64,000 bases of DNA from Planctomycetota bacterium (GTDB lineage Bacteria; Planctomycetota; UBA1135; UBA2386). Position numbers and translations under genes: made by a program. Shown here piece after piece: positions 8,096 through 18,504 of the stretch; position 1 is the first letter of the stretch; each line of letters begins with the position of its first letter. The notes under the pieces were generated by a model that saw nothing but the letters and a program-made list of their open reading frames with translations, searched no databases and had not been told where the DNA came from. The stretch lies in contig OZ245838.1 of assembly GCA_965228735.1 (NCBI GenBank), positions 384,001 to 448,000 of the forward strand, written 5' to 3'.

Positions 8096-10354
8096 CTACC
8101 GGACGACCGGAACCGACAGCCGTCGGGTGCTCTGGAACTGCACGCCGTCGAACACCCAGTCCTGGAAGTGCAGGGTCGTCGGCGGCAGCCACGCCGGCAG
8201 CGGGAACGGCCAGGACGCCGTGCTGCCGACCTGGAAGTTCATCGTTCCGAGATAGGCCGGTCCGGTGTCGACGAGCAGTCGGCAACCCGCGGCGACGGCC
8301 GGATTGACGAGCGGCTGGTCGGCTGCCGCCAGCGAGGCGATCAGGAAGTGCCCGGCACCCGCCGGTGCATGGGTCGCCGCGACGGACTGGAACGTCGAGC
8401 CGATCTGCTGGTTGCCGCCCCACCAGAGCTGCGCCGGGCTGCACCCATGGCCGGCGGTCGTCCACGGCGCCGGTGTCACGTACTCGAGCGTGCGGCCGTA
8501 GAGCAGCCAGGACCCGGGCCCGGTGCGGCCGCCGAACAGGAACACGAAGTCGTCGCTCGGGGCGTGGAACGCGCAGGCCGGCGCGGTGGTCGACTGGTTG
8601 GACAGGGCGCTGAGCGTGAACGGGCCCTCGGTCGGCTGGCCGTCGAAGCCGAGGCGATAGCCGAACGCGCCGTTGCTGGTCGAGAACAGCCGCCGGTAAC
8701 TGACCACCTGGTGGGACGGATCGTCGATGTCGATCGCGATGCCGGCCGGTTCGAGCACGCGGCTGGTGGCGCTCTCGAGCTGCACCGGGGGGTGCACGGT
8801 GCCGCTGGCCGGGTTCTCGAAGCGTTCGACCCAGAGCGCCGTGCCCGTGATGCCGCTGGTCGTCGGCGTGCTCGCGACGTCGACGGTGGAGAACAGCACG
8901 GTGTAGCGATCGCCGTAGCCGGTGATCACGGGACCGAGCTGATGGGAGGCGCCGCTGACACCGAGCGTGCTCGACCACATCGCGCCCGGGGCGTTGGCGG
9001 CATCGATCTGGATGCCGCGCACCCGCCAGTTGCTGCCGGGCGTGGCGTTCAGCGACTGCCACACGACGACCCAGTGCAGGCTGCCGACCTGAGTGATCGA
9101 GGGGCGCTCGGAGTCGACGTTCAACGGGCTGGTCGCGATGGGGGTGCCCCACGACGGGCTCGTGTTCGTGAGATCGACGGTGACGCGGTGGATGCGGCTC
9201 GTGCTCGTGTTGGCGTGGTGGCCGTTGTTCGGGATGTTGTTCTCGCGCTGGAAGACGACGAACGCAGTCGAGCCCGGGGTCTCACGGCCGCCGACGTCGG
9301 GACGCCAGTCGTTCTGCCCTGGCGGCGCGACCAGGTCGGTCGTGATCGGCCAGAAGACGGTCGTGCCGGGGGTCGGCGCCAGGCAGGTCAGGAAGCTGCG
9401 GCGGGGCGTCGCGCTGCCGGTGTAGCGGCGGTAGATGACCAGCCAGCGGTCGGCGCCGCGCACGTAGGTGCAGGCCGGCTGGTCGCTGTCGATGCTCGAC
9501 GACAGATCGGTGAACAGGCCCGACCGGTTGGTCCAGTCGTGGTTGCACGTCTCGACGTAGACGTCGTCGTCGAACTGCGAGGCGTTGCGGGTGTAGGTCA
9601 GCAGCGTCGACAGCGTCGAGCCCTGGCTCCAGCTGGCGATGTCGTTCGCCCCGAACGACGAGGAGCTCGTGGCGAGAAACGCCGGGCTCACGAGCGGGTC
9701 GAGCGTCACCGGCATAGCGGCGGTCGCGAGCCACTCGGCCGGGATCGTCAACGTGATCCGGCCGTTCGCGTGCGCGGTCGCGACCGCGGTGCGGGCGCCG
9801 TTGCCGTCGATCGCGAACGCGTGGCCGTAGCGCACGATCGGCGCCCTCGCGGCGTCGACGAACGTCAGCGCCTGGTGAGAGCTGGCGACGTCGTCGGCGA
9901 CCAGCGCCGAATCGACCTCCCCGGTCACGACGAGATCGCCGCTCGCGGGCAGCTGGTCGAACACGAAGGTCTGCTCGACGCCTTCCGTGCGCACGTCATA
10001 GGCCTCCGTGACGCAAGCGAAGCGATACTCGTAGCGCCAGGAGTCGTGCCAGTGGCGCGGCGTCGAGCCGGGATCGTGCAGCTCCGTCGCGCCGACCCGC
10101 ACCGAGGTCGTGCGCCAGGACCACGGCTGGTTGTGGGGATAGTCGCTGCCGAGGTAGGGCACGAACGTCAGGCCGTCGTGGAACGAGACCTTGTAGTCCG
10201 CGCCCGCCGCCCAGGAGCCGTACGCGACGCCGTCCAGCGGCGCGTTGCTGTGGATCGGGAACCGCGGCGAATCGAGCGCGGCCGAGGACGATTGCGCGGC
10301 GATCGCGCCGACCAGGAGGGGGATGGGGAGCCACTGTCGAAGGGAACTTGCCAT
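8096..10354 (-). CDS. Large secreted protein, paralog 1
   Basis: Signal peptide; collinear similarity to the neighbouring gene 10419-12713. Confidence 0.8.
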   Translation of the reverse strand: MASSLRQWLPIPLLVGAIAAQSSSAALDSPRFPIHSNAPLDGVAYGSWAAGADYKVSFHDGLTFVPYLGSDYPHNQPWSWRTTSVRVGATELHDPGSTPRHWHDSWRYEYRFACVTEAYDVRTEGVEQTFVFDQLPASGDLVVTGEVDSALVADDVASSHQALTFVDAARAPIVRYGHAFAIDGNGARTAVATAHANGRITLTIPAEWLATAAMPVTLDPLVSPAFLATSSSSFGANDIASWSQGSTLSTLLTYTRNASQFDDDVYVETCNHDWTNRSGLFTDLSSSIDSDQPACTYVRGADRWLVIYRRYTGSATPRRSFLTCLAPTPGTTVFWPITTDLVAPPGQNDWRPDVGGRETPGSTAFVVFQRENNIPNNGHHANTSTSRIHRVTVDLTNTSPSWGTPIATSPLNVDSERPSITQVGSLHWVVVWQSLNATPGSNWRVRGIQIDAANAPGAMWSSTLGVSGASHQLGPVITGYGDRYTVLFSTVDVASTPTTSGITGTALWVERFENPASGTVHPPVQLESATSRVLEPAGIAIDIDDPSHQVVSYRRLFSTSNGAFGYRLGFDGQPTEGPFTLSALSNQSTTAPACAFHAPSDDFVFLFGGRTGPGSWLLYGRTLEYVTPAPWTTAGHGCSPAQLWWGGNQQIGSTFQSVAATHAPAGAGHFLIASLAAADQPLVNPAVAAGCRLLVDTGPAYLGTMNFQVGSTASWPFPLPAWLPPTTLHFQDWVFDGVQFQSTRRLSVPVVR

Positions 10355-10418
10355 GTTCCCCGAGGTCGCGGCGCGGTTCGTTCTGACGCGAATCCCCGCC
10401 GCGAACTCGCGCGTCGAG

Positions 10419-12713
10419 TCACTTCACGACGGGCACTTCGAGCCGCTGGCTGGTGCGCAGCACGCTGCCGTCGAACACGAGGTCCTGGAAGTAGAGCGTC
10501 AACGGCGGCAACCACTCCGGCAGCGGAAAGCCCCACTGCCCGGCTGCTCCGACCTGCACCGGCATGGTGCCGAGCCAGCCGGCGTTGTTGCTGACCAGCA
10601 GACGGCAGTTGGCCGGGAACGCGGGGTGGGTCAGCGGTTGGTCGGTCGAGACCAGCGACACCATCAGGAAGTGCATTGCCGACGGGCCGCCGCCCGATGC
10701 GATGATGGACTCGTGCTCCGAGCCGATCAGCTGTCTGCCCCACCACAGCAGCGTCATCGACACGCACGCCGAACCGCTGGTCGTCCAGGGGGCCGGGGTC
10801 GGATAGGCGAGCGAATGACCGTAGACCGGATCACCGGGCGTCGGAGTGTTGACGCCGTAGCAGAACATCACTTCGTGCAGATCATCGTTGTACGTCGCCG
10901 CGACGCCGGTGGTGTAGTCGCCGGCACTGGTGTAGAGCTCGAACGGCCCTTCGGTCGGTTGACCGGTGTACCCCACCCGGACGCCAGCAGCGGTCGAGGG
11001 CGCCGGCGAGCTCTTGCGGTAGCCGATGCCCCAGTGCGAGGAGGTGAACAGGTCGACGGCGATGCCCGTGGCCGCGAAGATCCGGTCGTTGTCGCTGTCC
11101 AGCACGACCGGCGGATGTGTTGTGGATGGCTGCGGTTGCCCGTGCGGCCAGTCGAAGCGCTCGACGTACAGCCGGTTCCCCGTCACCAGGCTGTTGGCCG
11201 GCACGGCCGCGCCGTCGATCGCCGCGAAAGTCATCGCGTAGCGCCCGATGCGGCCATCGATCTGCGGCGCAAGCTGGTGTTGGCCGGTCGACGCGACTGC
11301 GCTCGTCCAGAACCCCGACGCCGTCCCTTGATTGCTGATCCGTCGAGCCAGCGCGTCCCAGTTGCCGTTCGGCGAGTTGTCGTAGCGCTGGAACGCGCAG
11401 ACCCAGGAGAAGTTCTGGCCGCCTTCGGCGCTGCGATTGACCGTGGGGCGCTCGTAGTCGCTGTTGCCGCCCGCGATCGCGAACGGCACGCCGAACGCAC
11501 CGCCGCCGGCGGCAGCGTCGAACAACACGCCGTAGACATCCGTGCTCGCAGTCGTCCCCCAGTGCGCGCCGGTGGCCGCGTTGTTCTCGCGTTGGAACAC
11601 GATCAGGGCGGGGCTGGCGGCCGTGAACGCGGTGCCGATGCCGCCGACCCGCGGGCGCCAGTCGTTGAAGCCCGGGGGCGGTGACATTCCGATCACGCTC
11701 GTCGACCACGTCAATTGGCCGCTGTCATGGACGTGACAGCGGAGCTGGCTCCGGCGCACCGCCGCGCTGCCGAAGTAACGCCTAAGAGCGATGACCCACC
11801 GTGCCGCGGGGCCGTCGAACGCGACGCTGGCGCCATCGCTGTCCCAGCTCGACGTGACGTCCGAGAAGATCACGAAGATGCCGTTGTAGTGCTGGTCGGT
11901 CAATCGCGCGTCGACGTCGTCGTCGAACTGCGAGGCCGAGACCACCGAGACCACGAGCGCCTGTTTCGCATACTTGTCGTAGGCGATATCGACCGTGCGG
12001 ATCGTCCTGCCGTTGTGGTAGATGACGGGGTGACGGGTCAGCAGCGGGTCGACCGTGACCGGGTACTCGGCCTGCGCGAGCCAGCTGGCCGGCACGCGCA
12101 GCCGGATCTCGCCGTCTTGGAACGCGGTCGCGATCGGGATCTTGTCGCCGGTCGCATCGACGGCGAACGCGGCGCCGTACTCGAGGATCTCGTCGCCGGC
12201 GTCGTCGCGGAACGTGAGCGGTCCGTGCGCAGCGCTGCGGTCGGCCGCAGCCAGCAGGGAGCCGATCCGACCGGTGACGACCAGGTCGCCGGTGGCCCTG
12301 GGCCGGCGGGCGACCACGAAGGTCTGTTCGAGGCCGTCGGTGCGCACGTCATAGGCCTCGGTCACCGCACCGAATCGGTACTCGTAGCGCAGTTCGTCGT
12401 GCCACTCGGACGGTTCGGCTGCCGGCAGCAGTTCGGCTTCGCCGACCCGCACCGACGTCGTGCGCCACGACCACGGTTGGTTGTGCGGATACTGCGATCC
12501 GAGGTAGGGGACGAACGTCATGCCGTCGTGAAACGAGGCCTTGTAGGTCTCGCCGGCGGCCCACGTGCCATAGCTCGAACCGTGATCGTCGTCGGCGGTG
12601 TGGATCGGTACGGGCTGCGGCGCGAGCCGCACAGGGGCGGAGAGCTGCGCTGCGGCCGGCCGGCTCAGCGCCGCGGCCACGGCGAGGATCGAAACGAGGC
12701 TGCGTGTCTGCAT
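10419..12713 (-). CDS. Large secreted protein, paralog 2
   Basis: Signal peptide MQTRSLVSILAVAAA; shares SFHDGxTFVPYLGSxYPHNQPWSWRTTSVRVG with paralog 1. Confidence 0.8.
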   Translation of the reverse strand: MQTRSLVSILAVAAALSRPAAAQLSAPVRLAPQPVPIHTADDDHGSSYGTWAAGETYKASFHDGMTFVPYLGSQYPHNQPWSWRTTSVRVGEAELLPAAEPSEWHDELRYEYRFGAVTEAYDVRTDGLEQTFVVARRPRATGDLVVTGRIGSLLAAADRSAAHGPLTFRDDAGDEILEYGAAFAVDATGDKIPIATAFQDGEIRLRVPASWLAQAEYPVTVDPLLTRHPVIYHNGRTIRTVDIAYDKYAKQALVVSVVSASQFDDDVDARLTDQHYNGIFVIFSDVTSSWDSDGASVAFDGPAARWVIALRRYFGSAAVRRSQLRCHVHDSGQLTWSTSVIGMSPPPGFNDWRPRVGGIGTAFTAASPALIVFQRENNAATGAHWGTTASTDVYGVLFDAAAGGGAFGVPFAIAGGNSDYERPTVNRSAEGGQNFSWVCAFQRYDNSPNGNWDALARRISNQGTASGFWTSAVASTGQHQLAPQIDGRIGRYAMTFAAIDGAAVPANSLVTGNRLYVERFDWPHGQPQPSTTHPPVVLDSDNDRIFAATGIAVDLFTSSHWGIGYRKSSPAPSTAAGVRVGYTGQPTEGPFELYTSAGDYTTGVAATYNDDLHEVMFCYGVNTPTPGDPVYGHSLAYPTPAPWTTSGSACVSMTLLWWGRQLIGSEHESIIASGGGPSAMHFLMVSLVSTDQPLTHPAFPANCRLLVSNNAGWLGTMPVQVGAAGQWGFPLPEWLPPLTLYFQDLVFDGSVLRTSQRLEVPVVK

Positions 12714-12886
12714 CGTCCTTGTCGAGTTCGGCACTCCCGGTCTTCTGACCGGAAACCCCGTCAGAAACCCGGAGGGGCCGACATCGACCGCGTGGGCGGT
12801 CTCGATCGTGGGCCCGTTGCGCTCGCGCGGGTCTCTGGCCCTGCCGGCGGCCCGCCCGCGTATGCTGGAGCCAGTTCGAGAATCCG

Positions 12887-15748
12887 ATGTCGCCACCGCC
12901 GGACCGTTCCGATGAAGCCGCCGAGCTGCCGCCGCCGGGCGGGTTGCCGCGCGACGACGGCGTCGGCGCCGCCGGCAAGTACGAGGTCTTCGGCCGGATC
13001 GGAGCCGGCGGCCTCGGCGTCGTGTTGCGTGGTCGCGACCCCGAGCTCGGGCGACCGGTCGCGCTGAAGTTCCTCAAGCGCGGTCACCGCAACGACCCGG
13101 CGGCGCTGCAGCGCTTCGTCGAGGAGGCCCAGATCGGCGGCCAGCTCGAGCATCCCGGCATCGCGCCGGTCTACGATCTCGGCGTCGAGGCCGGCCGGCC
13201 GTTCTTCGCGATGAAGCTCATCCAGGGGCGCACGCTGGCCGAGTTGCTCGCCGAACGCGACTCGGTGCACGCCGACCGGCGGCGGTTTCTCGACCTGTTC
13301 GAGGGGGTCTGTCAGACCGTCGCCTATGCGCACTCGCGCGGGGTGGTGCACCGCGACCTGAAGCCGGGCAACGTCATGGTCGGCACGTTCGGCGAGGTCC
13401 AGGTCGTCGACTGGGGGCTCGCGAAGGTGCTCGACCGGCCCGGCGACCCCGGCGCGCCGGGCCCCGCCGAGCCGGTCGACACCGTGCGCAGCGCGACGAC
13501 GGCTTTTGGCACGACGTCGGTTGCCGGTGAGGTGCTCGGCACGCCGGACTACATGGCGCCCGAACAGGCGCGCGGCGAGTCGGAGACCGTCGACGAACGG
13601 GTCGACGTCTACGGTCTCGGCGCCATGCTCTGCGAGATCCTGACCGGTCGGCCACCGCGGGCCGCTGCCGGCGCCCTCGCCGCCAGCGACGCCGACGCCG
13701 AGCTCGCCGAACTGTGCCGAGCCTGCCTCGCCGAACGGCGCGAGGATCGTCCGCGCGACGCCTCGGCCGTGGCGGCGCGGGTCGGCGGCTACCTGCATTC
13801 GGTCGAAGAGCGGGCGCAGGCAGCCCGTCTCGAGGCCGCGGCGCAGCGCGCGCGCGCCGGATCCGAGCGGCGGGCACGGCGTCTGACCATCGGGCTTGCG
13901 GTGAGCGTGCTCGCGACGGTCGCGCTCGGCGTCGCCGGCTGGCTCTGGCGCGAGGCCGAGATCCGGCAGCGTCGCGAGGCCGGCGAGCAGAAGATCCGTG
14001 CCGCGCTCGACGACGCGACCCTGCACCGCGGCCAGGGCAACTGGCCCGAGGCCGTCGCCGCTGCGCGGCGCGCGCGTGATCTCGTCGGCGACGATACCGG
14101 TGCGGTCGTGCGTGGCGCGGTCGTGCGGCAGGTCGCCGAGATCGAGGCCGCGGCCGCCGACGCCGCGGTCGCACGCGAGCTCCGGGCCGGAGCAGCGCGA
14201 CTGCTGCGCGCGCTCGAAGACGTTCGTCAGCCCGAGGGGGCTCGGGTGTACGAGGCCGATTGGGCGCGGGTCGCCGCCGACTACGAAGCGACGTTCGCCG
14301 CGGCCGGGCTGACGCCGTTGGTCGACAGTGTGACCGGCGCGGTGGGGGAGCTGCGCGCGCGCGGTGAGCCGGTCGCGCTCGCCTCGCATCTCGTCGCCTG
14401 GTCCAATGCCGCGGCGCTTGCGGGCGAGGATCACGCGGCCCGCCTCGTGCGGTTGGCCGACGAGCTCGACCCGGCACCCGCGCGCGTCGAACTGCGCCGC
14501 GCGATCGCTGGCGGCGACATCGTCCGCTTGCGCGAGCTCGCCGCTCGTGAGGAGTTCGCTCGCGGCGACCCGGTGTCGCTCGGACTGCTCGGCGCTGCAC
14601 TGCGCGCCGGCGGCGCCCACGCCACGGCGCTCGAGCTCTACCGCCGCGCGCAGCGCGCCGCGCCCGACGACTTCTTCCTCAACCTCGGTCTCGCGCGCAC
14701 GCTCTGGCAACTGGGTCGCAAGGCCGAGGCGGTGCGCTATCACCAGGCGGCGCTCGCGGCGCGACCGACCAGCACCGAGGTGCGTCACGAACTCGGCCGC
14801 ACGCTGCAGGAAGTCGGCGAGAACGCCGACGCCCTGCGGCTGTTCGACGACCTGCTGGCGCAGCGGCCGGACGACGGTCACGTCTGGTTCCATCTCGCCT
14901 ACTGCCGCGACCGGACCGGCGATGTCGAGGGGGCGCTGGCGGCGTATCGCGAAGCAATCCGGCTCGGCGAGGACGTCGCTGCCGCCCACGGCAACAGCGC
15001 GGCGATCCTCATGCGGCAGCGCGACCACCTCGGTGCTGTCAGCGAGCTGCGCGCGGCGCTGCAGCACGGGTTCGAGCTGCGCTACCACTTCGATCTCGCG
15101 CTCTGCCTCACGCGGGCCGGGGAGAGCGCCACGGTAATCGCCGAGTACGAGGCGCTCGCCGAACGCGAGCCCGACTTCGGACCGTGGCACTTGATGGCGG
15201 GTATGGGGCACCACTCGCTCGGCGAGATCGCGGCCGCGACGGCGGCCTACCGCGCCGCGCTCGCGGCCGATCCCGACGACCGGCACGGCACGAACTCGCG
15301 GGCCAGCAACCTGCTGGCCCAGTGCCTGCGGAGTGCGGGCGAGCTGCACGAGTCGCTGGCTGCGATCCAGAACAGTCTGCGCCTCGAGCCGAACGACTTC
15401 ACCGCGCTCCGCGTCGCGATCGACCTGCATCTGCGACTCGACGACCCAGAAGCCGCCGAGCCGTTGCTCGAGCGCTTCGTCGGGTTGCGGCCCGACGAAG
15501 CCGAGTCGCATGCCCGCCTCGGCAGGTTGCGGACGAAGCGCGGCGCCTTCGCTGCGGCCAGACCCGTGCTCGCGCGTGCGGTCGAGCTCGACGCCGAGCT
15601 CGGAGATGCGCATGCCGACCTCGGTCGCTGCCACGCCGAGCTCGACGAGCCGGAGGCGGCGTTGCGTCACCTGCGCCGGGCGATCGAACTCGGAGTCGAC
15701 GATCCCGAGCTCGCCGGGTTGATCCGGCGGCTCGAGGCCGGTCGCTGA
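12887..15748 (+). CDS. Ser/Thr protein kinase with TM segment and TPR repeats
   Basis: [34 protein letters not shown]-terminal TPRs. Confidence 0.92.
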   Translation: MSPPPDRSDEAAELPPPGGLPRDDGVGAAGKYEVFGRIGAGGLGVVLRGRDPELGRPVALKFLKRGHRNDPAALQRFVEEAQIGGQLEHPGIAPVYDLGVEAGRPFFAMKLIQGRTLAELLAERDSVHADRRRFLDLFEGVCQTVAYAHSRGVVHRDLKPGNVMVGTFGEVQVVDWGLAKVLDRPGDPGAPGPAEPVDTVRSATTAFGTTSVAGEVLGTPDYMAPEQARGESETVDERVDVYGLGAMLCEILTGRPPRAAAGALAASDADAELAELCRACLAERREDRPRDASAVAARVGGYLHSVEERAQAARLEAAAQRARAGSERRARRLTIGLAVSVLATVALGVAGWLWREAEIRQRREAGEQKIRAALDDATLHRGQGNWPEAVAAARRARDLVGDDTGAVVRGAVVRQVAEIEAAAADAAVARELRAGAARLLRALEDVRQPEGARVYEADWARVAADYEATFAAAGLTPLVDSVTGAVGELRARGEPVALASHLVAWSNAAALAGEDHAARLVRLADELDPAPARVELRRAIAGGDIVRLRELAAREEFARGDPVSLGLLGAALRAGGAHATALELYRRAQRAAPDDFFLNLGLARTLWQLGRKAEAVRYHQAALAARPTSTEVRHELGRTLQEVGENADALRLFDDLLAQRPDDGHVWFHLAYCRDRTGDVEGALAAYREAIRLGEDVAAAHGNSAAILMRQRDHLGAVSELRAALQHGFELRYHFDLALCLTRAGESATVIAEYEALAEREPDFGPWHLMAGMGHHSLGEIAAATAAYRAALAADPDDRHGTNSRASNLLAQCLRSAGELHESLAAIQNSLRLEPNDFTALRVAIDLHLRLDDPEAAEPLLERFVGLRPDEAESHARLGRLRTKRGAFAAARPVLARAVELDAELGDAHADLGRCHAELDEPEAALRHLRRAIELGVDDPELAGLIRRLEAGR

Positions 15749-15791
15749 CGGCGTCGGCGCCGCGGACGGCGCTGACGGCCGGCGCGCGCCG

Positions 15792-16421
15792 TCAGTCGAT
15801 CTCGGCGAAGACCGACTGCGGCAGCCGCTCGCGCAGCCGGCGCAGCGCCCGCGAGTAGCGTTGGTCGACCGCCGGCGCGGAGATTCCGAGCTGGTCCGAG
15901 ACCGCCTTGGCAGGCTGCTGCTCGATGCCGCGCAGGATGACGATCTCGCGGTCGTTCTGCTCGAGTTCGTCGATCGCCTGCCGCACCTGTTCGTGCAGTT
16001 CGCGATCCTGGACCCGCGCGGCGACGCCCTGGGTCTCGTCGACCGCCTCGAGGTCGGTCTCGTCCAGCAACGCGAGCACCGCGCCCTGCCGGCGCTGGCG
16101 CCTGCTCGTGAGGTTGCGAACCTGGTTGGCGATCGCCGTCGTCAGGAACTTCAACAGCACCGGCGTGATGCGGCCCTCGCGCGCCACGAGATCGGCGAGC
16201 CGCGGCAGGGTGATCATCCAGGCGCCGCTGACCAGATCCTCGGGTTCGACCTCGCGCCTCGCCCCGGGCCCGAGCCGGTATCTCGCCTGCGCCACCAGCA
16301 GCGGCTCGAGCCGCGCGACGAGCCAATCGAGGCTCTTGGGGTCACCGGCGATGGCGGCCCGAGCGTGCATCGTCGTGCGGGCGCCGGCGCCGTCCGGGCG
16401 GGTCTGAGGATCGCGCGTCAT
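15792..16421 (-). CDS. ECF RNA polymerase sigma factor
   Basis: Region 2 EPEDLVS and region 4 DREIVILRG...AVDQRYSRALRRL. Alternative start at 16370. Confidence 0.85.
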   Translation of the reverse strand: MTRDPQTRPDGAGARTTMHARAAIAGDPKSLDWLVARLEPLLVAQARYRLGPGARREVEPEDLVSGAWMITLPRLADLVAREGRITPVLLKFLTTAIANQVRNLTSRRQRRQGAVLALLDETDLEAVDETQGVAARVQDRELHEQVRQAIDELEQNDREIVILRGIEQQPAKAVSDQLGISAPAVDQRYSRALRRLRERLPQSVFAEID

Positions 16422-16509
16422 CGGGTTCCGAGTTGCGGCAGTCTATCCCGATCGGTGGTCCCCGGCCTGCCCGAACCCGAGGGCCGCGCCGGTCGCTGTG
16501 ACGCGGCGG

Positions 16510-17427
16510 TCAACGCGGCCGGGTCAGAGCCTTGGCGAGCCAGGCTCGGGCATCTTCGACGTACTCGGCCGGCAGCCGATGGCCGCTGTCGTAGAACACG
16601 AGCCGCTTCTTCTCGCCCGGGATCCGGTCGTGGACCCGCTGTGCTGCTGCAACCGTGCATGCCGGGTCGCTGCGCCCCATCAGCATGAGAAAGGGGCGGT
16701 CACCGAGCGCGTGCGCGAAGTTGCGCGACTCGAGCAGCGGTCCGCCGCCGGCTTCATCGATGTGGCTGATCGAGGTCACGCACGCGACCGTCACCTGGAT
16801 GCGGTGATCCAGCGCAGCCAGCGGGAACGCCTCGATGCCGCCCATGCTGTAGCCGATCAGGCCGATGCGCGTCGCGTCGATGTCCGGCCGGGTCTGCAGG
16901 TAGTCCACGGCGCGGCGGCAGTCGACGACCGACTGCACGATCATGTCGCGCACGCGGTTCATCCAGCCGCGCTCGAACTCGTTGTCATGCGTGCGCTCGC
17001 CGTGGTACTCGGCGTCCGGCGTGAAGACCGCGAACCCATCGCGGAGCAGCGCCGTGGTGAGCGCACCGCCGCGCGCGAAGCTGTCGTCGTCCCACCAGGA
17101 AGACTTGTCGGCGCCGATGCCGTGCAGGGCGAGCACGCACGGGTGCGTTGCTTGCCCGTCCTTCGGGATGCCGAGGTAGCCGACGACCCAGCGGTCGCGC
17201 GCGCGGAAGACGATCTTCTCGCGCGTGCATCCGGGCAGCTCCTCGCGGTCCACGACCCGCGCCTGGAGCGGGATCTCACGGTCGTAGTCGTAGAGCGACG
17301 CCACCACGCCGAAGGCTTCCTTGCCGACAGGAACGGGCGCATCCTGGCCGTGGACGACCGAACCGGTGACGGTCGCGAGGAGGATGGGAAGCAGTCTGGT
17401 CCGCTGTCGGGGGCGTTCGAGGGTCAT
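16510..17427 (-). CDS. Alpha/beta hydrolase (esterase / dienelactone hydrolase-like), probably secreted
   Basis: GYSMGG nucleophile elbow, LHG oxyanion motif, C-terminal SGH. Confidence 0.85.
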   Translation of the reverse strand: MTLERPRQRTRLLPILLATVTGSVVHGQDAPVPVGKEAFGVVASLYDYDREIPLQARVVDREELPGCTREKIVFRARDRWVVGYLGIPKDGQATHPCVLALHGIGADKSSWWDDDSFARGGALTTALLRDGFAVFTPDAEYHGERTHDNEFERGWMNRVRDMIVQSVVDCRRAVDYLQTRPDIDATRIGLIGYSMGGIEAFPLAALDHRIQVTVACVTSISHIDEAGGGPLLESRNFAHALGDRPFLMLMGRSDPACTVAAAQRVHDRIPGEKKRLVFYDSGHRLPAEYVEDARAWLAKALTRPR

Positions 17428-17582
17428 GGTCTCGGGCTCTCGTTCCTTCGGTTCCAATTGCACCATTGTGGCGGAGCCGACGCGGGACCGCGAGCGCGAG
17501 TTCGATCGGCGCAACGTTGCCGGCTGGCGGGCCAGCGCGGTGCGGTAGCCATTCTCCGAGCCGGCGCTACCCTCGTTCGGCC

Positions 17583-18464
17583 ATGACCGAGTTCCTCGAG
17601 ATCACTCCGACCGTCCACGACCTCGGTGAGTTCCGTGTGCGCCGAGTGCTGCCGTCGAAGAGGCGTCGCATGGTCGGCCCGTTCATCTTCGTCGACGAGT
17701 TCGGCCCCGCGCAGCTGGCGGTCGGTTCGGGTATGGACGTCCGGCCGCATCCGCACATCAACCTCGCGACGGTCACGTATCTGTTCGAGGGCGCGATCCA
17801 TCACCGCGACAGCCTCGGCTCGAGCGCGGTGATCCGGCCGGGCGCGGTCAACCTCATGACGGCAGGTGCCGGCATCGTCCACAGCGAGCGGTCGCCGCAG
17901 GACGAGCGCGACGAGGGTCCGAGGCTCTATGGCATGCAGACATGGCTCGCGCTGCCCGACGGCAAGGAGGAGATCGAGCCGGCCTTCGATCACGTGCCGG
18001 GCGAGCAGTTGCCGCTGGTCGACGGTGATCGCGCCACGGCCCGGGTCCTGATGGGCACGCTGTGGGGCGCGACGGCGAGCACACCGCAGCACAGCCCGAC
18101 GATCTACGCGGACATCGTGCTCTCGGGCGGCGGCATGCCGATCGAGAACGAGGCGGACGAGCGCGGCGTGCTCGTCACCGAGGGTGAGGTGAGGCTCGGC
18201 GAAACCCGACTCGAGCCGTTCACGCTCTACGTGCTTGCGCCCGGGCACGCGGCCGAGCTGCGCGGCACGGGCCGAGCGATGCTGCTCGGCGGCCAGGCCT
18301 TCGCCACGAAGCGTCACGTCTGGTGGAACTTCGTTTCGTCGAGTCGCGAGCGGATCGAGCAGGCCAAGGCCGACTGGCAGGCGCAACGGTTCGCGGTCGT
18401 GCCCGGTGACGAGACGGAACGCATCCCGTTGCCCGAGACGCCGAAGACGAATACCGGCGACTGA
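17583..18464 (+). CDS. Pirin family protein
   Basis: VGPFIFVD, PHPHINLATVTYLFEG, MTAGAGIVHSE, WWNFVSS. Confidence 0.95.
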   Translation: MTEFLEITPTVHDLGEFRVRRVLPSKRRRMVGPFIFVDEFGPAQLAVGSGMDVRPHPHINLATVTYLFEGAIHHRDSLGSSAVIRPGAVNLMTAGAGIVHSERSPQDERDEGPRLYGMQTWLALPDGKEEIEPAFDHVPGEQLPLVDGDRATARVLMGTLWGATASTPQHSPTIYADIVLSGGGMPIENEADERGVLVTEGEVRLGETRLEPFTLYVLAPGHAAELRGTGRAMLLGGQAFATKRHVWWNFVSSSRERIEQAKADWQAQRFAVVPGDETERIPLPETPKTNTGD

Positions 18465-18504
18465 GCGGCACGCGTCGGGGCGCCGCAGTGTCGCCGGGCA
18501 TGGC

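Noticed and set aside
6240..15670. Very long antisense or alternative-frame ORFs (e.g. 6240-9152, 8168-10594, 12761-15670)
   Set aside because: They are Arg/Ala/Gly-rich shadows of real genes, expected in high-GC DNA, with no recognisable motifs.
15772..15795. Hairpin CTGACGGC...GCCGTCAG between the convergent kinase and ECF genes
   Set aside because: No U-tract, and short GC stems arise by chance, so it is not called a terminator.
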